This document shows positions 19,901 through 30,751 of a DNA stretch of 64,000 nt, piece by piece. The notes under the pieces were generated by a model. That model was not told the origin of the DNA and ran no database searches. It was given only the letters and a program-made list of their open reading frames with translations. Numbering within the stretch: position 1 is the first letter of the stretch; each line of letters opens with the position of its first letter. Origin of the DNA: Candidatus Sulfomarinibacteraceae bacterium (lineage in GTDB: Bacteria; Acidobacteriota; Thermoanaerobaculia; Thermoanaerobaculales; Sulfomarinibacteraceae); the NCBI GenBank assembly GCA_963796455.1, contig CAWCLO010000004.1:416001-480000 (forward strand), read 5' to 3'. Position numbers and translations under genes: made by a program.

Positions 19901-22900
19901 CGACTTCGACGGTGACGGCATCTGCGGCGATGTCGATTTCTGCCCGTACGACGTGGACAACGATTACGACGGGGATTCCATCTGCGGGGACGAGGATAAT
20001 TGCCCGATAGACGCCAACGTCGACCAAGTGGACAGCGACGGCGATGGTATCGGCGACATCTGCGATAATGGCCCTCCCGTTGCGTTTGACCAAGGCGCCT
20101 CCACCGATGAGGACCTGCCGGTCGTCATCGCGCTCACGGGCGATGATCCGGACGGAGACCCGCTGGACTTTGTCGTGACCGCGGGGCCAGACAACGGCGA
20201 ACTCTCCGCTCTCGTGGTCACCGGTTCGCAAGCACAATTGACATACACACCGGATCCCGGCTATTACGGAAACGACGCCTTTCTCTATGTTGTCAACGAT
20301 GGTCAGGCCAACTCCGCCGAGGCCAGTGTCTCGATTTCAGTAACACGGGTGGTCGCCAACGATGTCGTTCTGCAAGGCCGTATCACGGATCGGGAAACGG
20401 GACAGCCGGTTGTTGGCGCCTCGATCAATCGGGGCGAGGCGATGACGGATTCCGGCGGGTACTACGAGTTAACCGGGGATCAGCTGAGTGGGGCCACGGG
20501 AAACCTCTTGGTCCAGGCCGATGGGTACTACGGGCGCAGGCTGTCATACAGCTTGGATCTCCCTCTGCCGAACACCCTGGATTTGGATCTAGCGCCTGGC
20601 GGTACGATCTTCCGGGGAGTCGTTCTCGACGCATTTACCGAAGAGCCCAGAGCGGGTGCACAAGTCTATTGCTCGTGTGCTTACAACCTGGGGAGCCGGC
20701 TATTTACGGATAGCAACGGATTTTTCGAATTCACGAGTTCTGATTTTGATGAGGGTTTGATCAGTTACTTGCACGATGGGCGACAGATCGGTTCGCTGGT
20801 CGTATCTGCAGATGGGTTTTTCTCCAGCCAATCCTATGTACTGGTTTCTCTGCCCCTGCCATTCACGGTTGATTCCTATCTGATCGCTCCACGGAACGAG
20901 GCGGTGTTGCGGGGTCGGATTACAGATCGGGAATCGGGACTGCCGGTAGCGGGTGCCTCAATCAACCGGGGCGCGACGGTGACGGATACCGACGGGAACT
21001 ACGAGTTGACCGGAGATCAGCTGGGTGGGGCCACGGGGACTCTTCTGGTCCATGCTGATGGCTACTATGGGCGCAGGCTGTCATACAGCGTGGATCTCCC
21101 TCTGCCGAACACCCTGGATTTGGATCTGGCGCCTGGCGGTGCGATCTTCCGGGGAGTCGTTCTCGACGCATTTACCGAAGAGCCCATAGCGGGTGCACAA
21201 GTCTATTGCTCGTGTGCTTACAACCTGGGGAGCCGGCTATTCACGGATAGCAACGGATTTTTCGAATTCACGAGTTCTGATTTTGATGAGGGTTTAATCA
21301 GTTACTTGTACGATGGGCGACAGATCGGTTCGCTGGTCGTATCTGCAGGTGGGTTTTTCTCCAGCCATTCCTATGTACTGGTTTCTCTGCCCCTGCCATT
21401 CACGGTTGAACCCTATCTGATCGCTCCACGGAACGAGGCGGTGTTGCGGGGTCGGATTACAAATCGGGAATCGGGACAGCCGGTAGCGGGTGCCTCAATC
21501 AACCGGGGCGCGACGGTGACGGATGCCGACGGGAACTACGAGTTGACCGGAGATCAGCTGAGTGGGGCCACGGGAACTCTTCTGGTCCAGGCTGATGGCT
21601 ACTATGGGCGCAGGTTGTCATACAGCTTGGATCTGCCTCTGCCGACCACCCTGGATTTGGATCTGGAGTCTGGCGGTACGATCTTCCGGGGAGTCGTTCT
21701 CGACGCATTTACCGAAGAGCCTATAGCGGGCGCACAAGTCTATTGCTCGTGTGCTCACAACCTGGGGAGCCGGCTATTCACGGATAGCAACGGATTTTTC
21801 GAATTCACGAGTTCTGATTTTGATGAGGGTTTAATCAGTTACTTGTACGATGGGCGACAGATCGGTTCGCTGGTCGTATCTGCAGACGGGTTTTTCTCCA
21901 GCCAATCCTATGTACTGGTTTCTCTGCCCCTACCGTTCGGGGTTGACTCCTATGTCGTCTGCCGCGAAAACTGTTTCACGAACTCCGACACCGATACGAT
22001 CCCCGACGAGATCGACAACTGCCCGACGGTCGACAACGAATTGCAATCCGACGTGGATGGGGACCATTTAGGCGACCTGTGCGACACGTGTCCAAACGAT
22101 CCGCTTGACGGCTGTGACGGGAGCGGTTCGGCGGCCGGAGAGATATCGCCGGAGGAACCATTCTCCCTTTCAACACCGGATGGCGGGCTGAGCATTAGCG
22201 CCCCACCAGATGCCGTGGGCGCGCACGACACTCTCGCGGTGACGAAGACCATCATGGATGATCCGGAGATCAACGTTTCGATTGGGCCTTCATCGGGCCT
22301 CGGAAATGCGCTTGCTGTTTACGACCTCGAACCCGATGGATTTGTGTTTGATAGCCCGATCACGATGAGATTGACGGCCGACGTGACGGAACTTGTAGCG
22401 GACCCGGATTCGGTCAGTCATGCACTGAAGGTAGAGAACCTCTTGAATACGCTTGACATCTACCTCTACTCGGATACGGATGAGGATGGATATGCCGATG
22501 CATTTGTTGGCCAGTACGCGAGTTGTAGTATCAAGGAGGAGGATGGTGGTGTTTTCATCGCAAGTTGTGGTACCGAAATCGACCATTTCTCCACATGGGC
22601 GCTGGTTACCCAACTCGATACCGATGGCGATGGTGTCCCCGACAACTTCTTCCCCGATTTCGACCTTTGCCCAGACACACCTGTTGAGACGGTAGTTTTC
22701 AACAACCTCACCGAATCGTTGATCGAAACAGAATCTGACGGGCTTGCGACACTCCAGTTGGAGGCTGAGGTTTTTGATCTCGAGGGATATGAAGCTGAGG
22801 AAGTTGAGACGGTTTTCACCGTGGTTGGAGCGTCGGATGGGGCGGAATTCAGATGTGTCGCCACGAGCGACTGGTACGGTGAGGTCACATGCGATCTGTC

Positions 22901-23411
22901 TGAGATTCCCCCCGATAATTATTGGTTGGCGATTGAAGGCCTCACCGGCTGTGCGGGCGGCATGCCAGGAGAGGGGATGGTGGTTGTCTACGACCCGGAC
23001 GGACCGAAATCGACCGGGGGCGGGTTTGTCTTGCCCGATGAAGGAAGCACGGAACCTGCCGGTGGCAGTGGCGACAAGGCGCACTTCAGCTTTGTCGTCA
23101 AACTCGACAAGAACCAGGTTGCGGTCGGCAATCTGAACTATCGATACCAGGCCGCGGGTCTCGATTTCACGAGTAAGGATCTGAACTGGTACACCGTCGG
23201 TGGTGACACGGCCTTTTTCGAAGGAACCTCAACGATTGACGGTTACGGTCTGTGTACCTATCGGGTTTCGACTGTCGATGGAGATCTTTTTGGTGGAAAT
23301 CCCGATGCCTTTGACATCACGGTCTGGTCTGGGACCGACACCGGCATTTCCCCGATTCATCGGGCGAAGAATGTGCTGGCTGGAGGGAGCGTGGTCATCC
23401 ACACAAAGTGA
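16903..23411 (+). CDS. Giant secreted multidomain adhesin-like protein (~2170 aa), split by apparent +1 frameshifts near 16930 and 19400
   Basis: ORFs 16949-19699 and 19305-23411 join inside one propeller blade (DLDGANP / ELLFSAP..VAVD..YW). Domains: two YVTN propellers, a YWTD-like propeller, TSP3-like DxDGDG repeats, a cadherin/Ig-like domain, three 179-aa repeats. GTG at 16903 with GAGGGGG RBS gives a full signal peptide if one base is removed. Confidence 0.8.
19723..20067 (+). repeat. Intragenic 60-bp/20-aa thrombospondin type-3-like Ca-binding repeats
   Basis: DGDG.CGD.D.CP.DP.ND repeated about five times. Confidence 0.8.
20367..21953 (+). repeat. Three near-identical 537-bp tandem intragenic repeats
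   Basis: Units start at 20367, 20904 and 21441, with long identical nucleotide stretches. Each encodes two carboxypeptidase-regulatory/Cna-B-like beta-sandwiches. Confidence 0.95.
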
Positions 23412-23427
23412 TTTTCGGAACGAACAA

Positions 23428-23455
23428 ACCTCCCGGGACGCCGGTCCCGGGAGGT
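23428..23455. terminator. 12-bp hairpin between convergent genes
   Basis: ACCTCCCGGGAC-GCCG-GTCCCGGGAGGT. Confidence 0.6.
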
Positions 23456-23477
23456 ATTGACAAGTGATCCGAATGAT

Positions 23478-26400
23478 CTACTTCTGCCAGACGCTGACAG
23501 GATAGGGCGGGCGCTCGTAGACCGGCGGCGGGTTGGCGGCTCGAGCTCTTCGAGGATGACCTCGATGGCCTTCTCGAGCTGGGGATCGTGGCCGGCGACG
23601 ACCTCGGCGGGGGTCTGTTCGACCTCGATGTCTGGTGGAACACCGACGTTCTCGACCACCCAACCGTCCTCGTCCCAGATGGCCACGTTGGGGGCGGTGA
23701 CATAACCTCCATCCATCAGGATAGGGAACCCGAGAGTTCCCACAAGCCCGCCCCAGGTGGCCTTTCCGACCAACGGGCCGAGCTTGAACTTGCGAAACAT
23801 ATAGGGCAACAGATCGCCGCCCGAGCCGGCGGTCTCGTCGATCAGCATGACCTTGGGGCCCTGGATCGAACCCTGGGGCGTTTTCATGTCGTGGCCGTCG
23901 CGCATGTTCCAGTGGCTGATATAGGGCCGCTGGAGGATGTTGATGTAGTAGTCGGCGATCTGGCCGCCGCCGTTGAAGCGTTCGTCGACGATGATGGCGT
24001 CCTTGTGAACCTGCGGGAAGAAGTACCGCTTGAAATAGGTGTGGCCGAGGCTGGTGGTGTTGGGAAGATAGATATAAGCAACGCGACCACCAGTGGCCTC
24101 ATCGACCTTTTTGATGTTGCCTTCGACCCAGTCCCGGTTGCGCAAGGCGTACTCGGTCTCGATGGGCACCACGTTCACCGTCCGTGAACCCTCCATCGAT
24201 GGGTTCGGGCCCACGGTGATCTCGACGATCTTGCCGGCGGTGTTCTCGAAGTGGCGGTAGAGATTGTCGGGCGACGCCAGTTCGGTTCCGTTGACGGCCA
24301 GCAGGTAGGCACCCGCGTCGACGCCCACTCCGGGCTCGGTCAGGGGCGAGGTCAGCTCGGGGTTCCAGTTGAGCCCGCCATAGACCTTGGTGATGCGATA
24401 GTGACCGTTCTCCACTTCGAAATCGGCGCCGAGCAGACCGCCGGGGATGTTGTCGGTGTCGAGAAGATTGTCGCCACCGCCGACCCGGTTGTGGCCCACC
24501 GACAGCTCGGAGCCCATCCATCGGAGCAGGCGGTTGAGATCGGTCCTGCAGGCGACATCGGGCAGGAAGGGTCGGTAGCGCTCTCCCATGGCTTCCCAGT
24601 CGGCGCCGTGAAAATTGGTGGCATAGAAATAGTCGCGGTAGATCCGCCAGGTCTCTTCGAAGATCTGCTCCCATTCGGCGGCGGGATCGATCCGGATCTG
24701 GACCGCCGCGACGTTGAGGGTGCCCTTTCCATTCTCGGGTTTTTTGCCGGCATCGGCGATTCCCCAGGTGGGACCGTTGCTGTAGAGGATCTTTTCGCCG
24801 TTCGATGAAACGACGAAACCATCGGCTTCAAAGAGTTCCTTTTCTTCCCGTTCCGCGAGGTCGAACATCATCAGTTTGGTACCGGGACTCGATGGTCCGC
24901 CGGCATCCACCGGGGCCTTGAGGTAGAAAATGGTGTCAGCCTTGCCCGCCTGCAGGTTGAAGTAATTGCCCGTCTCCACCGGGATGGCGAGGATGCGTTC
25001 GGCCATCCCGTCGAAGTCGATGGCCATCGGAGGGACTTCCTCATCCTTGCCGTCATCTTTCTTCGAATCGTCGTCTTCATCCTTTGCGTCGACATTTTCT
25101 TCGTCGCTCTGCTTGGCCAGCGGTGAGGGCGTGTCCTTGGCCAGGGTCACGAGGTAGAGGTTTCGACTCATCTCCATGTCGGCGTTCGACATCGCAAACC
25201 ACTGGCGCACCGGACCGGCGTCGGTGGAGCCTAAAACGTAAAGGTATTTGCCGCTGGCGTCGAAAGCGGGGTCGCCGACATCGCTCAAACCGTCGCCGAT
25301 TGCAGAGGCTTTGTCGGTATCCAGGGAGTAGAGATAGACCTGCTCCATATTTGTCATGTTGTTGACGGTGTAGGCGAGCCACCTCGAGTCGGGAGACCAG
25401 ACGGGGTTCATGTTGCCGAAGGGCCCTGGGTTATATACGGGCTCGCGGTCTATCTTCCTGATCTCGCCGGCCGAGAGCAGGATGACGTAAAGATTGCGTC
25501 CGTTGTCCTCGAAGGCAAGCTTCTTCGAATCGGGCGACCAGCTGAGACCGTTGTAATAACCGGTGCCGTTGAGAGCGTGGGTCGTGACCTCGCCCTTGCC
25601 GTCCTGTGGCACGATATGGAGCGCGTATTCGCCCGAGGCGTCGGAGAAGAAGGCAACGGATTTCCCATCGGGAGACCAGACCGCGTTGCGCTCGTTGGCG
25701 CCGGGGGTCTGGGTCAGGTTTCTCGGGTCGCCTTTTTCGGCCGGCACGGTGACGATCTCGCCCCGCATTTCAAAGACGGCTCGCGAGCCCGACGGAGAAA
25801 TGTGGGCGTTGCGGATCTCGTCGGATCCATCCACAAAGCGGGGGCGAAGTTCCTGGAGGTCTGCGGCCACTGCGATCTGCAAATCGCTGATTTCGCCGGT
25901 TGCGAGGTCAAAGGTGTGAATGGTCGCAGCCCGTTCGAAGACGATGGTGCCGTCACCGTGGGAGGCGTCGACGATGGGGAAGTCGGAATAGTGGGTCAGT
26001 TGTTCGATCTGCCGGCTGCCGGTGTCAAATGAAAAGAGATTGAACTCGCCGTTGCGGTCGGACAGAAAGTAGATGGTATCGCCGATCCACATGGGATCGG
26101 TGTCGTTGCTCCGGCCGTCGGGCTGCGGAATCTTCACCGCCTCGTGGTCAGAAAAGTCATAGACCCAGAGAGTCGACACCGTTCCGCCGCGATAGTTCTT
26201 CCACTGGCGGAATCGTTCACCGAGAGGCGTGTAGACGAGACGCTTTCCATCTGGAGAATAGGCCGCCTTGTTGGCGTTTGGGAGATCGAGTTGTTCGGGG
26301 ATCCCGCCCTCGACTGACACGGTGAAGAGCTGCGCATGACGATTGGTGAAAACGAATCGTCCGGACCGAAAGAGGACTGCAGACCCATCCGGCGTGAATG

Positions 26401-26752
26401 AGCAGACGGCGTCGGGGTAGGGGTGCCAGGTGAGGCGTTTCGGGATCCCGCCTTCCACCGGAACGATGTAGACATCGGTGTTGCCGTCGTATTGGGCGTT
26501 GAACGCCACCAAGCGGCCGTCGGGAGAGAAGACCGGGTCGGTCTCGAGGCCTTCGTCCGCGGTGAGCCGGCGCGCGTGTCGACCGTCGCGCTCAGCGACC
26601 CAGAGGTCATTGGCATAGACGAAAGCGATGTTTTCTGCGCTGATTGCCGGTTGGCTCAGGAACTTGGTGTTCGCGGTATCGATTGCAGATGCGTTCATGG
26701 CGGTCATGACCACTAGGATGACGAGGGTTGTGGCGGCAACTCGAGTGTTCAT
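23478..26752 (-). CDS. Tricorn protease homolog (peptidase S41), secreted; apparent frameshift near 23541
   Basis: Two beta-propellers, PDZ-like region, D.RFNGGG, GSGGD catalytic Ser, TWGGLVG, ENVGVPPD, DPQLEKAI. ATG at 26752 has an AGGAGA RBS. The usual C-terminus NPPPVYERPPYP lies in another frame ending at 23478. Confidence 0.9.
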
Positions 26753-26789
26753 TCGTTTCTCCTTCGGCAAAAGATTCTACAGGGACCAC

Positions 26790-26814
26790 AAAAAAACCGC
26801 CCCGAAGGGCGGTT
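26790..26814 (-). terminator. Rho-independent terminator
   Basis: Minus strand reads AACCGCCC-TTCG-GGGCGG-TTTTTTT, just downstream of the 26841-27851 gene. Confidence 0.85.
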
Positions 26815-26840
26815 CGCGCTCACCAGCCCGAGGGCTGGGA

Positions 26841-27851
26841 TTACTGAGACATCATCGGGAACGCTTCGGTGTCTCCCACCGAGGCGAACTCGCGGGAAGT
26901 GTTCGTGTAGATCTTTTCGGCGCCGGTCATGGTGTCGGTCACCGTCATGGTGAACTCGACGTTGGTCAGCGAGCCGTAGAAGATCCAGTAGTTGCCGTTG
27001 ATGGGTGTGCCGTCAAGGGCTTTCACGACGAGCTCCACATTGTCGTCATTGAAGAAGGTGAAGTAACCGGTGTCTTCGGTCAGATCGTTCTGGAAACCGA
27101 TGCCGGTGTTGTCATCGAAATCTGCCCACGAAACCTCGATCCGGAAGCGGTCGTCGTTCAGATACATGGTGCGGTCGGCAAAACCGTCCGCGGCGAGGCC
27201 GGATGCGTAGGCCGTAGCGACAGCTCCTTCCGGAAGCACGGTGCCGGGCAGGTAAAGCACTGCTGTTTCGGTGCCGGCGAGGCGGACCTCGAGGTCATAG
27301 GATCCGGCCGGTACTGGAAGGTAGGCCGAGAATTCCTGGAACTCGACATCGGAAATGAGAACCGGGCCGCCGGTCACGGCGATATCAACCGCCGGGGCGT
27401 CCGGAGAGGCGTGGACGAAGCGGACGTGCGCATTGCCGGCCGCCGGATCGCTGTTGTCGTCGACGAGCACGAGGGGAGCGATTTCGGCCAGGATGCCGGT
27501 GGCGAGAACGGTGTAGTCCGTCATCGCGGCGAGCGACAGATCGGCTTCAATGACAACCGGCTCGGTGGCACCCGTGGGGACGACCTGGACGTTGTAGTCG
27601 CCGGCCGGGAGAGGGATATAGCCGGTGAACTCGTTGTATTCGAGGTCCTCGATGGCTTTGGCGCCATTGACCCACACGTCCACGTTCGGGGCGTCAGGGG
27701 AGAGGTGGCCTACCCGGACTCGCGCGTCCCCCATGTTGGCGCTTTCGTTGTCTACAGTGATGACTGCACCCACCGGGGTGGCGGCCCCTGCCAGGCTGCC
27801 CACAGTCGCGATTCCAACGGTCAGGGCAAAGATCAACATTCTCTTCGACAT
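26841..27851 (-). CDS. Secreted DUF4397-domain protein with an additional C-terminal module
   Basis: Two VR..H.SPDAP.VD units, then RFRIEVSW..GYFTFF..NVELVVK.LDG..NG.YWIFYGSLTNVEF. Confidence 0.85.
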   Translation of the reverse strand: MSKRMLIFALTVGIATVGSLAGAATPVGAVITVDNESANMGDARVRVGHLSPDAPNVDVWVNGAKAIEDLEYNEFTGYIPLPAGDYNVQVVPTGATEPVVIEADLSLAAMTDYTVLATGILAEIAPLVLVDDNSDPAAGNAHVRFVHASPDAPAVDIAVTGGPVLISDVEFQEFSAYLPVPAGSYDLEVRLAGTETAVLYLPGTVLPEGAVATAYASGLAADGFADRTMYLNDDRFRIEVSWADFDDNTGIGFQNDLTEDTGYFTFFNDDNVELVVKALDGTPINGNYWIFYGSLTNVEFTMTVTDTMTGAEKIYTNTSREFASVGDTEAFPMMSQ

Positions 27852-28179
27852 TTTTTCCTCCTGTTGTGTGGCCTGTCGGGGCCGGTTTTTTTGTCGGACA
27901 TGAAGGCTAACGTCAAGGTTTTTTCTATTATTTCAAGTTTTTGTCGAAATCGTGGATGTTTTTAAAAAAAATATTTAAATGATTGTAAAAAATAGGGTTA
28001 GAATATTTCAATTCATTCAATCTACATTTTGGAAGAGGGTTAAATCTAGAAAAATCTATTTAAGTTTTCGTTCGCGGGGTGGCCGGTTCGGCTTACACCG
28101 GCACCGGGAGACATCGTGACCGGAGGGCGTGATATCGTATCGGGCATCAACAAACGGGTCGAAAAAGGAGGGGAAGAAT

Positions 28180-28620
28180 ATGAATGCAGGCGAGTCGCGT
28201 GTGAAAGCTCCGGTTCACCTTTGGATCATCGGTGTCATTGCTCTGTTGTGGAACGCAATGGGAGCATTCGATTATCTGGCCACGAAGCTTCAGCTCGAGT
28301 CGTATATGGGCCAGTTCACCGAAGAGCAACTGGCCTATTTCTACGGTTTTCCGGCGTGGGTGACCGCTTTCTGGGCCATTGCCGTCTGGGGGGCCCTCGC
28401 GGGTTCCGTCGGATTGCTCATGCGCAAAAAATGGAGCGTGTGGGCGTTTGCGGTCTCCACTACCGGCATGGTGATCACCGCGATCTACAACTTCGGCATG
28501 AGCAACGGTGCAGAAATCATGGGCGGGGAAGCGGTGGCCTTCTCGGCCGTTATCTGGATCATCGCCTTCTTCCTGCTTTGGTACTCCTGGTGGTTGGCGA
28601 AGAAGGGTGTTCTGACGTAA
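28180..28620 (+). CDS. Small four-TM membrane protein of unknown function
   Basis: AGGAGG RBS; P.HLWIIG..LLWNAMG..DY..P.W.T..WAIAVWG pattern. Confidence 0.8.
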   Translation: MNAGESRVKAPVHLWIIGVIALLWNAMGAFDYLATKLQLESYMGQFTEEQLAYFYGFPAWVTAFWAIAVWGALAGSVGLLMRKKWSVWAFAVSTTGMVITAIYNFGMSNGAEIMGGEAVAFSAVIWIIAFFLLWYSWWLAKKGVLT

Positions 28621-28668
28621 AACCGCGGCCTGGGGTGCTACTGCTCCCTTTCGTACGACTGCCGCAGG

Positions 28669-29382
28669 TCACGAAATGATCGGGACGGACGGATCCTCAT
28701 CGAGCCTCAGCTTGCCGTGGTCGGCAAAATGGCCGAGGACATCGAGGGCCAGTTTGACCGGCAGGACAAAAATCACAGCGATGGCCGCGGTGTTGAAAAA
28801 GCCGCCGATGATCGCGCCCACCAGTGCGGCGATCCACATCGGCATGGCGCGCAAAAAGGGTTTCCCCAATTGGGTTTCCCAACTGACCGTTTTGTACTCT
28901 TCGCCGCCGATGAAATTGAAATAGAACGACATTCCGTGGGTGAGAAAAAACAAGCCCGCGGGCACCAGATAGTTCCAGGGCGAGAAGTTCTGGTGCCAGA
29001 CGGTGCCCTGCATCTGGTCGTCGAGGAGTGCTCCGACCATGATTCCAAAGATATTCACGATCGACAGATACATCATCAGAAACATGGGAACGTAAGCCAG
29101 GGCGGCCCACCTGGCGATGGCAACGAGCTTCGGAATCGTCCAGAAACCAATGATCATCATCTGCATCCAATAGATCACCAGGATAGAACCGATCGGGTCA
29201 CCCCTGAAGAGCATGTCGATCACGGGATAAACGTTGGCAAAGACCAACATGACAGCCGTATAGTCACCACGAAACAGACCCGGAAGCCGGGTTGCGAAGT
29301 TCTTGAGATCCGCCCGGATCACGTCCCACCTCGGGCCTTTTTCGTTGTCCGAACGTCGCGCCGAGGAAGTCGGAGGCGTCAT
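28669..29382 (-). CDS. DUF6498-like membrane protein (start uncertain; frame open to 29460)
   Basis: Multi-TM protein; AN..P..IYW..IIG, HG.SF..NFI..EY, K..LD..H pattern. Confidence 0.65.
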   Translation of the reverse strand: MTPPTSSARRSDNEKGPRWDVIRADLKNFATRLPGLFRGDYTAVMLVFANVYPVIDMLFRGDPIGSILVIYWMQMMIIGFWTIPKLVAIARWAALAYVPMFLMMYLSIVNIFGIMVGALLDDQMQGTVWHQNFSPWNYLVPAGLFFLTHGMSFYFNFIGGEEYKTVSWETQLGKPFLRAMPMWIAALVGAIIGGFFNTAAIAVIFVLPVKLALDVLGHFADHGKLRLDEDPSVPIIS

Positions 29383-29628
29383 TTGTGATGCCTGATTCCA
29401 GGCAGCGTACCGTCGAACGGCCACCCGGCAGACAAGGTTCTTTTTTGGCGGTTCATCCATCTATCGTAGCAATCAGGAACCTATTTCAAAAAATACGGCA
29501 TTTGGAGCAGGCGTGGCGATGCCGAAGGGAACCGTGACCCGCTACAATCACTGAGACCTGATATCGAAAATCAATTCATTCACACCGGCGACCACACAAG
29601 TTGCCGCAGAAGAACGGGAGGTTCGGAG

Positions 29629-30738
29629 ATGGAGACTCGCGCCGCGGTGGCCTATGAGGCCGGAAAACCACTTGTCGTGGAGACGGTGAAACTGGACGGA
29701 CCGAGAGAGGGAGAGGTTTTGGTCGAGATCAAGGCGACCGGGATCTGCCACACCGACGAGTTCACGCGTTCGGGTGCCGATCCGGAGGGTTTGTTCCCAT
29801 CCATCCTCGGCCATGAAGGAGCAGGGGTGGTGGTGGACGCGGGACCGGGCGTTACCAGCGTTGCTGTCGGCGACCATGTGATTCCCCTCTATACGCCCGA
29901 ATGCCGGCAGTGCGACTACTGTCTGAGCGGCAAGACGAATCTCTGTCAGGCGATACGTGAGACTCAGGGGCGGGGCGTGATGCCCGATGGAAAAAGCCGA
30001 TTCAGTATCGGCGGTGAAACCATTTACCACTACATGGGCACCTCGACCTTTGCAAACCATATCGTTGTGCCGGAGATCGCAGTTGCCAAGGTGAGAAAAG
30101 ATGCTCCCTTCGACAAGATCTGCTATATCGGCTGCGGAGTGACAACCGGGATCGGAGCCGTGATCAATACAGCCAAAGTGGAGCCGGGCGCCAATTGCGT
30201 CGTCTTCGGTCTCGGCGGGATCGGGCTCAATGTGATCCAGGGTCTGCGCCTGGTCGGGGCCGACATCATCGTCGGGGTGGACATCAACCCGTCGAGAAAG
30301 GTGCTGGCCGAACAATTCGGCATGACGCACTTCGTCAACCCGACCGAGGTCGCCGGCGACCTCGTAGCGCACCTGGTCGAGCTGACTCGCGGCGGCGCCG
30401 ATTATTCGTTTGAATGCATCGGCAACGTGGAAGTCATGCGACAGGCGCTCGAGTGCTGCCACAAGGGGTGGGGCGAGAGCGTCATCATCGGGGTTGCCGG
30501 AGCCGGCCAGGAAATCTCCACCCGTCCGTTTCAGCTGGTCACTGGGCGGGTCTGGAGGGGCACGGCATTTGGCGGCGCCAGGGGCCGCACCGATGTGCCC
30601 CGAATCGTCGACTGGTACATGGACGGAAAAATCAACATCGACGATCTCATCACCCACACGATGCCGCTGGATGAGATCAATACCGCTTTTGACCTGATGC
30701 ACGCCGGAACTTCGATTCGAAGCGTCGTGTTGTTCTGA
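29629..30738 (+). CDS. frmA: S-(hydroxymethyl)glutathione dehydrogenase / class III alcohol dehydrogenase
   Basis: ATGICHTD, SGADPEG.FP.ILGHEG, C..C..C.SGKTNLC, ECCHKGWG, STRPFQLVTGRVW.GTAFGG. Confidence 0.97.
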   Translation: METRAAVAYEAGKPLVVETVKLDGPREGEVLVEIKATGICHTDEFTRSGADPEGLFPSILGHEGAGVVVDAGPGVTSVAVGDHVIPLYTPECRQCDYCLSGKTNLCQAIRETQGRGVMPDGKSRFSIGGETIYHYMGTSTFANHIVVPEIAVAKVRKDAPFDKICYIGCGVTTGIGAVINTAKVEPGANCVVFGLGGIGLNVIQGLRLVGADIIVGVDINPSRKVLAEQFGMTHFVNPTEVAGDLVAHLVELTRGGADYSFECIGNVEVMRQALECCHKGWGESVIIGVAGAGQEISTRPFQLVTGRVWRGTAFGGARGRTDVPRIVDWYMDGKINIDDLITHTMPLDEINTAFDLMHAGTSIRSVVLF

Positions 30739-30751
30739 GAGTGGGGGAGTC

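Noticed and set aside
19723..20067. 60-bp periodic repeats as a CRISPR array
   Set aside because: They are degenerate at synonymous positions and encode TSP3-like peptide repeats; there are no unique spacers or cas genes.
20367..21953. 537-bp repeats as a diversity-generating retroelement TR/VR pair
   Set aside because: Differences are not confined to adenines (C/T and T/G changes occur), all copies are in-frame coding, and there is no reverse transcriptase in the window.
26628..30702. Long antisense ORFs (26628-27965 +, 29548-30702 -, and similar ones elsewhere such as 13810-15018 -)
   Set aside because: They lie opposite well-supported genes, as expected in high-GC DNA, and have no motifs.
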